NCBI GenBank assembly: GCA_963708585.1
Contig: CAVPSW010000004.1
Location: forward strand, 106,875-170,874
Length of the DNA stretch: 64,000 nt
Direction: 5' to 3'
Origin: an uncultured Alphaproteobacteria bacterium
Lineage (GTDB): Bacteria; Pseudomonadota; Alphaproteobacteria; Acetobacterales; Acetobacteraceae
Shown here: in pieces, positions 52,896-64,000 of the stretch
Layout: each line of letters starts with the position of its first letter
Position numbering within the stretch: the first letter of the stretch is position 1
Position numbers and translations under genes: made by a program
The notes under the pieces: model-generated
The model's input: only the letters and a program-made list of their open reading frames with translations
Told to the model about the DNA's origin: nothing
Databases searched by the model: none

Positions 52896-54910
52896 TCGTG
52901 TCCTTGCGTCGGAGATCGCGGCGAGCCGGGCGCGCAACGTGCGGCTGCTTCGAGCAGTTCGTTCGCAGGTGCGGGCAGGCGGCGGCGCCAGTTCGGATGC
53001 TGCTCGCTCCATCGTGCCGGGCAGGTTGGGCTGCTCCTGCGAGGCCGAGCACGTCCTCGATCGGGATGATGGCGAGGTCGCTGGCGGCGCCGGCGACGTG
53101 GCGGGTGGCGGCGTCCGCGAACCGGTCGCGGCTCGTCGTCGGGCGGCGGGTCGCCCTCGGCGGCGCCGCTCTCCCGCATCGTGTCCCACAGCGCGAAGCG
53201 GTCGCGGAAGCGCTGCTCGCCTTCCTTCTTGGCCGCCTCGGCGTCTCCGGCCAGGCCGAGCTTCGCCCGCCACTCGAGGTCGCGCCCGCGCCACCAGCCG
53301 GCCAGCGTCGGCAGGTCGTGCGTGCTGGTCATGGCGGCGGCGGCGCGGCTCCAGGTCCGCGGCTCGGTGAAGCGGTCCCCGTCCTTCTCGAACCAGAGCA
53401 CGCGCATGCCGAAGATCGCCGGCGTCGGCGAGCTCGTCCTGGAACCCGGCCGGGATGGTGCCGAGGTCCTCGCCGAGCACGATCGCGCGGTGGCGGATGC
53501 GATTCCAGCGCGATCAGGCGCAGCAGGTCGGTCTGCGGGAAGGCGAGATAGGCGCCGTCCTTGGCCTCATGCCCGTCCGGCACGACCCAGAGCCGGCGCA
53601 GGCCGAGCGCGTGGTCGATGCGGACGCCGCCGGCGTGGCGCATGGCGGCGCGCAGCATCTCCAGGAACGCGCCGAACCCGTGCTGCGCGCAGCCCGGCGG
53701 GCGAGAACGCGGCCAGGCCCCAGCTCTGGCCCTTGGTGCTGAGCAGGTCCGGCGGCGCGCCGATGGAGAGGCCGAGCAGGACTTGGTCCTGCCGCGCCCA
53801 GCAATGGCTGCCGCCGGAATCGGCGCCGACGGCGAGGTCGGCGATCAGGCCGATCGGCATGCCGGCCGCGCGCGCCGCGGCCTGCGCCGCGGCGAGGCTG
53901 CGGTCGGCGCGCCATTGCATGTAGGCGTGGAACGCGACCTCGTCGGCGTGGCGGCGGGCGAACTCGGCGACCGCCGGGTTGTGCGGGATGGCGCAGCTCC
54001 TCGGGCCAGGTGCGCCAGTGCCAGCGCCCGTGCCGGCCGAACTGCTCGGCGTGGATGCGCCTCGAACCGTGCATGGGTCTCGAGCGCGTCGCCGCGTTCG
54101 GCCGCGGAAGGCGGCGAGGGCGCGGCGGTCGTCCGGCGAGAGGCGGTCGAACGCCTCGCGCAGCGCCTCGAGGCGGCGGCGGGAGGCGGCCGGCCAGTCG
54201 ACCAGCTTCTCGCGCTCGAGGAACCTGGTCTCGTCGTCCTGCGGCCAGTCGAGCGCGGCGTGCAGGACGTTGAGGTTGATGCGGCTGGAGGGCGAGTAGG
54301 GGCTGAAGCGGTCGGGGTCGGCGGAGAACTGGGCGTGCACCGGGCTGATGGCGATGCCGGCGGCGCCGTGCCGGGCGGCCGGGGCGGCGAGCTCGCGCAG
54401 CGCCTGGAAGTCGCCGAGCCCGGCGTCGCCGCGGCGCCGCAGCGCGTAGAGCTGGACCGCGAGCGCCCAGGGCCGGGCCCGAGGTCGGCGACGGTGAAGC
54501 CGCGGCGCGGCGCGACGGCGAGCGTCGTCTGCGCGGTCGCGCGGTCTCGAGCCGGTGGTAGCCGGGCGACGTCGATCGCGGGCAGCGTCGCGCCGCCGTC
54601 GCCGGTCTCGCAGCGTGCCAGTCGAGGCGCGTGCCGTCCTCCAGCACCAGCTCGTAGCGTGCCGGGCGCGACGGGAAGCGGCGATCGGCTCGCCCTGCGT
54701 CGCGGTGACCAGCGGCGGCAGGCCCGCATGCGTCTCGGCGAGCTGTGGCGCGGCTGTCGCGCGACCTCGCCGTCGGAGCCGGCCGGCAGGCCGAGCGCGC
54801 CGAGCACCGTGCGCAGCGCGTCCTCGCCGACCTGCTGCTCACTCGCCGCGGTAGTTCTGCCAGCGCGGCGCGAGCCCGGCGGCTTCGGCCAGTTCGGTGA
54901 GCGCGCTCAT
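52892..54910 (-). CDS. malQ: 4-alpha-glucanotransferase (amylomaltase) (many frame changes)
   Basis: ATG at 54910 ([23 protein letters not shown]...). Pieces read ...[15 protein letters not shown]..., ...[14 protein letters not shown]..., ...[13 protein letters not shown]..., ...[10 protein letters not shown]. Confidence 0.85.
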
Positions 54911-56651
54911 CCGGCGAGATGCGCGATGAAGCTGCCCGGCGGCAGCTCGCCCGGGCTGGCGTCGCCGACGGCGAACAGCGTCTCGCCCGCCGGCAGGCGC
55001 GGGTTCGGCGATCGCGCTGCCGAGGTTGATCGCCACCGTCAGCGTATGCGCCGGTGCCGAGCGTCCAGGCGGCCCGGACCGCGCCCTGCCCGAGCACCTC
55101 GGCGCCGGCGCTGCGGCAGCCGCGGGATGCCCGGGACGATGCGCTCGCGCCGGAGCTGAGCAGGTGGCGCATCCAGTCGAAATGCGCCGGGTCGGTCTGT
55201 TCGGGGACCGAGGCGGCGAAGGTGCTGGGGGCGTTGGGGTCGGGGATGCGGGCGCGCTTGGCCGCGTCCTGGAACGCGGAGAAGTGCTTGAACTCGTCGC
55301 GCCGGCCCTCGCGGACCAGCTCGGCGAGCTCCTGGTTGTGGTCGGTGAAGAACAGGAACGGCGTCTTGCTCGCCCATTCCTCGCCCATGAACAGCATCGG
55401 GATGAACGGGCGTGAGCAGCAGCAGCGCCGGTCGCGGCCCGCAGCGCCTGCGGCTCGGCCAGCGTGGTCAGCCGCTCGCCCATGGCGCGGTTGCCGATCT
55501 GGTCGTGGTTCTGCAGGCACATGACGAAGGCGGTGGTCGGCAGGTCGCCGCTCGGCTCGCCGCGCGGCTCGTCGCGGCCCGGCGGCGTCTCGCCCTGATA
55601 GGCGAAGCCCTCGGCGAGGACCCGGCGGAGCTGGTTGGTCGCGTCCTGGAAGCCGGCGTAATAGCCCTCGCTGCTCGCCGGTCAGCAGCACGTGCAGGCA
55701 ATGGTGGAAGTCGTCCGCCCATTGCGCGTCGAACCGCGGCGGGCCGCCGAGCAGGCGGGAGCGGTTGTTCTCGTGCTCCAGCACCAGGCCGATATGCCGC
55801 CCGCGCTCGACCCGGCCGCGGATGATGCGGGCGAGGTCGAACAGGAAGTCCTCTTCCGAGATCGCGTGCACCGCGTCGAAGCGCAGCCCGTCGAACCGGT
55901 ACTCCTCGCAGCCAATACACCGCGTTCTGGATGAAGTAGTCGCGCACCTCCGGGCGGCGGAAGTCGATCGCGGCGCCCCAGGGCGTCTTGATGTCCTCGC
56001 GGAAGAACGGCTTGGCGTAGGCGTGGATGTAGGCGCCGTCGGGGCCGAAATGGTTGTAGACGACGTCGAGGATCACGTTCAGCCCGAGCCCGTGCGCGGC
56101 GTCGATCAGCGATTTCAGCTCGTCGGGCGTGCCGTAGGCGCGGTCCGGCGCGTAGGGCAGCACGCCGTCGTAGCCCCAGTTGTGCCGGCCGGGAAAATCG
56201 GCGATCGGCATGATCTCGATCGCGGTGATCGCCGAGGCGCTGCAGCTCCGGCAGGTGGTCCTGGATGCCGCGGAAGCCGCCCATGGCGCCGGCATGCAGC
56301 TCGTAGACCACCGCCTCGTGCCAGGGCCGGCCCTGCCAGTCGTCGTTCTGCCACTCGAACTCGGTCGGGATCGACGACGACGCGAGGGGCCGTGCACGTC
56401 CTTGTCCTGCATGCGCGACGCCGGGTCGGGCACGTGCAGCCCGTCCGGCATGACGAACTGGTAGCGCGTGCCGGCCGGGGCGGCGACGGTCAGCGCGTGC
56501 CAGCCGCCGGGCTCGCGGTCCATGCCGCGCCGCGTGCCGCCGATCGCGAGTTCCATGCGCTCGGCGCCGAGGGCGCCCAGATGCGGAAGCGCGTCTGGCC
56601 GTCCGGCAGCAGCGTGGCGCCGAACGGGAAGCTCGTGCGATGTGTCTTCAT
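54907..56651 (-). CDS. treZ: Maltooligosyl-trehalose trehalohydrolase (many frame changes)
   Basis: ATG at 56651 ([27 protein letters not shown]). Pieces read ...[25 protein letters not shown]..., [11 protein letters not shown], ...[16 protein letters not shown]... The stop overlaps the malQ ATG. Confidence 0.85.
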
Positions 56652-58811
56652 CGTGGCGTCAGGACCAGGGTCGCGAGCGGCGGCAGGGTGAGGGTGAGCG
56701 AGGCGGGGAATGCCGTGCAGCGGGTGTTCGTGCGCCGCGACCGCGCCGCCATTGCCCACGTTGGAGCCGCCATAGACCGCGGCGTCGGTATTCAGCCGCT
56801 CCTCCCAGCGCCCCGCATGCGGCACGCCGAGCCGGTAGCCGTGGCGCGGCAGCGGGCGTGAAGTTGCAGACGACGAGCGCGGGCGGCGCGCCGGACAGGG
56901 ACTGGCGCAGATAGGCGAACACGGAGTTGTCGGCGTCGTCCACGACGACCCAGCGGAAGCCGGCCGCGGTCGCAATCGCCCTCGTGCAGCGCGGGCAGCG
57001 CGCGATAGAGCATGGTTCAGGTCGCGGATCAGCGCCTGCACGCCCGGCGTGCTTGCGGTCGTCGAGCAGGAACCAGTCGAGCCCGATGTCGTGGTTCCAC
57101 TCCCGGTCCTGGGCGAACTCGCCGCCCATGAACAGCAGCTTCTTGCCCGGATAGGTCCACATGAAGCCGAAATAGGCGCGCAGGTTGGCGAATTTCTGCC
57201 ACTCGTCGCCGGGCATCTTCCGGATCAGCGAGCCCTTGCCGTAGACGACCTCGTCATGGCTCAGCGGCAGCATGAAGCGCTCGCTGAACGCGTAGACCAG
57301 GCCGAAGGTGATCTCGCCGTGGTGCCAGCGGCGATAGACCGGCTCCTCGTGCATGTAGTGCAGCGTGTCGTGCATCCAGCCCATGTTCCACTTGTAGTGG
57401 AAGCCGAGCCCGCCTTCGTCGGCCGGCCGGGTCACGCCGGGCCAGGCGGTGCTCTCCTCGGCGATCAGCACCGCGCCGGGGCAGCGCTCGTCGATGGCGC
57501 GGCGAGAGCTCCTGCAGGAAGGCGACGGATTCGAGGTTCTCGCGGCCGCCGTATTTGTTCGGGATCCACTCGCCGGCGTTGCGGCTGTAGTCGCGGTAGA
57601 GCATGGAGGCGACCGCGTCCACGCGCAGCCCGTCGGCGTGGTAGTGCTCGAGCCAGAACAGCGCCGAGCCGATCAGGAAGCCGCGCACCTCGTTGCGGCC
57701 GAGATTGAAGATGTAGGTGTTCCAGTCGCGGTGGAAGCCCTCGCGCGGGTCGGCGTGCTCGTAGAGCGCGGTGCCGTCGAAGCGGGCCAGGCCGTGCGCG
57801 TCGGTCGGGAAGTGCGCGGGAACCCAGTCCAGGATGACGCCGACGCCCATCGCGTGGCAGCGGTCGACGAAGCGGGCGAAGCCCTCGGGCGGCCCGAGCC
57901 GCGAGGAGGGCGCGAACTGGCCGAGCGGCTGATAGCCCCAGGAGCCGCCGAACGGGTGCTCCATGATCGGCAGCAGCTCGATATGGGTGAAGCCGAGCCC
58001 GGCGCAGTACGGCGCGAGCCGGTCGGCCAGCTGCTCCCAGCCGGCGCCGCCCAGCTCGGCGGCCGGCAGCCAGGACGCGGCATGCACCTCATAGGCGGAG
58101 ATCGGCGCGCGCGGGGCCTGCGCCTCGGCGCGGCGGCGCAGCCAGTTGGCGTCGGACCAGGCATGCTGCAGCGGACCGGCGACGATCGAGCCGGTGGCCG
58201 GGCGCGACCTCGGCCTGCCACGCGACCGGGTCGGCCTTCTGCGGCAGGCGCTCGCCGTGCGGGCCGAGGATGTCGTATTTGTAGATCGCGCCGGCCTCGA
58301 CGCCGGGCAGGAAGATGTCCCACACGCCGGCGATGACGTGCTTGCGCATCGGGTGGCGCGCCGGGTTCCAGTAGTTGAAGTCGCCGACCACCGAGACGCG
58401 GCGCGCATTGGGCGCCCACACGGCGAAGCGGATGCCGCTGACGCCGTCGTATTCGGCCTCGTGCGCGCCCGATGCACCAGGCCGAAATCGCGGTGGCGGC
58501 CCTCGGTCAGCAGATAGAGGTCGAGGTCGCCGAGCGTGGGGCCGAACCGATAGGGGTCCTCGGCCTCGTAGGTGGTGCCGTGGCGTCTGCACCCGCAGCC
58601 GGTACGGGCCGTCGAGCGCGTGACGGCGCCCTCGAAGAAACCGGCCGGGTGCACGCAGCGCAGCGTGCCGAGCGCCTCGCCGGAGCGGCTCGATCACCTC
58701 GACGCCGTCGGCGCCGGGGAGGAACACGCGCACCATGCCCCGTCGATGCGGGCCGAGGAAGGCGAACGGGTCGCCGTGGCGGCCCTCCACCACGGCGGCG
58801 ATCGGCGCCGT

Positions 58812-58815
<4 letters not shown>
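56648..58815 (-). CDS. glgB: 1,4-alpha-glucan branching enzyme (many frame changes)
   Basis: ATG at 58815. Pieces read ...[13 protein letters not shown]..., [20 protein letters not shown], ...[12 protein letters not shown]..., ...[13 protein letters not shown]..., ...[12 protein letters not shown]... The tail ...[14 protein letters not shown] overlaps the treZ ATG. Confidence 0.9.
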
Positions 58816-62183
<3,368 letters not shown>

Positions 62184-62186
<3 letters not shown>

Positions 62187-64000
62187 GCGGTAGGGGTGAA
62201 GGCGCCAGATTGCGTAGGGTCGGTCGGGGAACAGCGTGATCGTGCGCGGGTGCGATCATGCCAGCGCTCCTGCGCGCCGCTGAGCAGGTCGACCGCGTCG
62301 AGCGCGCGCGGGTTCGGGCGTCCAGCGCCAGAACGGCACGGAGATCGGCCCGGATTGCGGATTGTGGAAGTCCATGCTGATCGCGATCAGGAGCACGTTG
62401 CTCCGGTCGGGCGTGGCCTTCTCGAACAGCAGGATCTGGTCGTTCGGGCATTCGAGGAAGGTGATGCCGAGATGCGTCTGCAGCGCCGGGTTGAGCTTGC
62501 GGATGGCGTTGAGCTCGGCGATCTCGGCGACGATGTTGCCGGGCCGGTCCCAGTCCCAGGCGCGGATCTCGTATTTCTCGCTGTCGAGATACTCTTCCTT
62601 GCCCGGCCCGAGCGGGGTCGCCTCGCACAGCTCGAAGCCGTTGTACATGCCCCAGAGACCCGGACAGCGTGGTCGCGAGCGCGGCGCGGACCAGGAACCC
62701 GGAGCGGCCGGAGGTCTGCAGCGGGATCGGGTTGATGTCCGGCGTGTTGACGAAGAAATGCGGGCGGAAGAACTCGCGCGGCGGCCCGTCCGCCAGCTCC
62801 GTCAGATATTCGGTGAACTCGCGCTTGGTGTTGCGCCAGGTGAAGTAGGTGTAGGACTGCGAGAAGCCGACCTTGGCCAGGCGATACATCACCTTCGGCC
62901 GGGTGAACGCCTCGGCGAGGAACACCGTGTCGGGATAGCGGGCCTGCACCTCGGCGATCATCCACTCCCAGAACGGGAAGCATCTTGGTGTGCGGGTTGT
63001 CGACCCGGAACAGCCGCACGCCCTGCCGCGCCCAGAACAGCACGACGTTGCACAGCGCCATCCACAGGTCGGGGATCGCACCCGGCGCGTAGAAGTCGAC
63101 GTTGACGATGTCCTGGTATTTCTTGGGCGGGTTCTCGGCGTAGCGGATCGTGCCGTCCGGCCGCCAGTCGAACCAGTCCGGGTGCTGCTTCAGCCAGGGA
63201 TGGTCGGGCGAGCACTGGATGGCGAAGTCGATGGCGAGCTCGATCCCGTGCTCGGCCGCCGCCATGCGCAGGTGCTCGAAATCCTCCAGCGTGCCGAGTT
63301 CCGGGTGGATGGCCTCGTGGCCGCCCTCCGCCGAACCGATCGCGTAGGGGCTGCCCGGGTCGTCCGGCGCGGGGGTGAGCGTGTTGTTGCGGCCCTTGCG
63401 GTTGATCCGCCCGATCGGATGGATCGGCGGGAAGTAGAGCACGTCGAACCCCATCGCCTGGATGCGCGGCAGGTGGCGCACGACGTCGCGGAACGTGCCG
63501 TGGCGCTTGCGGGTCGTCGCTCATGGAGCGAGGGAAGACCTCATACCAGCTCGCGAACGCGGCGCCGGCGCGCTCGGTCTGGATCGGGATCGGTTGCGGC
63601 AGCTCGACGCGGAACGGGCGGTCGTCGGCCTCGTCCATCAGCGCCGCCGTCTCCGGCGAGAGCAGTGCCTCGCGCTGGGCGTCCTCGGTCTTCTTGCCCT
63701 TCAGCACGTTGCCCAGCGCCGTCGCGAGCTTCTTCTTCTTGACCCGCGCGGCGGCCTTGGCGATCAGCGCGGCGCCCTCCTGCAGCTCCAGCGACGTGTT
63801 CACGCCGGCGTTGTGCTTGGCGGAGAGCTCGTGATGGTAGCGTGGCCCAGACGTCCTTCCAGGCTTCGATCGTGTATTGCGTGGTGCCGAGCTTGGTCAG
63901 CGGGATGTCGGCGGCCCAGCGGTCGTTGCCGACCAGGCGCATCCGCACCTCGGTCCAGCCGGTCTCGCCGGGTCCGCGGTAGCGCAGCGCCGCGGCGAGC
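62184..64000 (-). CDS. glgE: Alpha-1,4-glucan:maltose-1-phosphate maltosyltransferase (partial; 5' end beyond window; many frame changes)
   Basis: ...[30 protein letters not shown]..., ...WYEVFPRS..., [33 protein letters not shown], ...YNGFELCE... The 3' end appears to overlap the treS ATG (ATGA at 62183-62186). Confidence 0.85.

Overview
This is a very GC-rich (about 70% by eye) chromosomal segment. Its gene content and synteny look alphaproteobacterial: a CtrA-type regulator, MotE, DUF6468, TlpA, and DUF2125/DUF2336/TIGR02302-type conserved hypotheticals. The order may be Rhodospirillales/Acetobacteraceae-like, but that is low confidence. All family names come from motifs I recognise; nothing was searched.

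I recognise about 59 protein genes. I found no rRNA, tRNA, CRISPR, transposase or integrase. Layout:
1. phaR 3' end, DUF2125, and an overlapping chain ftsE-ftsX-ydcF-plsC.
2. argH-lipoprotein-lysA-TIGR02302 membrane protein.
3. tlpA, DUF4112, an SDR, an orphan TRAP binding protein, msrB, and an amylo-1,6-glucosidase.
4. A GGDEF cyclase coupled to DUF2336, then dapD-dapE.
5. A ligJ-like/MFS/ligK-like trio, def-fmt-truA, and hsp20-DUF1150.
6. A flagellar locus: fliL-fliM-DUF6468-motE plus a large secreted protein, then fliJ-fliI and a divergent CtrA-like regulator. speD-speE and ugd interrupt it.
7. A family-5 ABC importer with no ATPase gene, two dehydrogenases, a lone HK97-gp10-like gene, and tupB-tupA.
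8. otsA and a long trehalose/alpha-glucan operon, glgE-treS/mak-glgB-treZ-malQ-treY.

Main caveat: about two thirds of the genes cannot be read in one frame as sequenced. The conserved protein simply continues in another frame. For those genes the coordinates are composite spans, not clean ORFs. I interpret most breaks as indel errors rather than decay, but their clustering is odd.

The most interesting biology is in the flagellar locus. The CtrA-family regulator carries Glu in place of the phospho-acceptor Asp. There is a near-consensus CtrA box in front of fliL, and tandem perfect hairpins in the fliI leader. An uncharacterised ~930-aa secreted protein is translationally coupled to motE. I see no clear-cut novel defence or mobile system.
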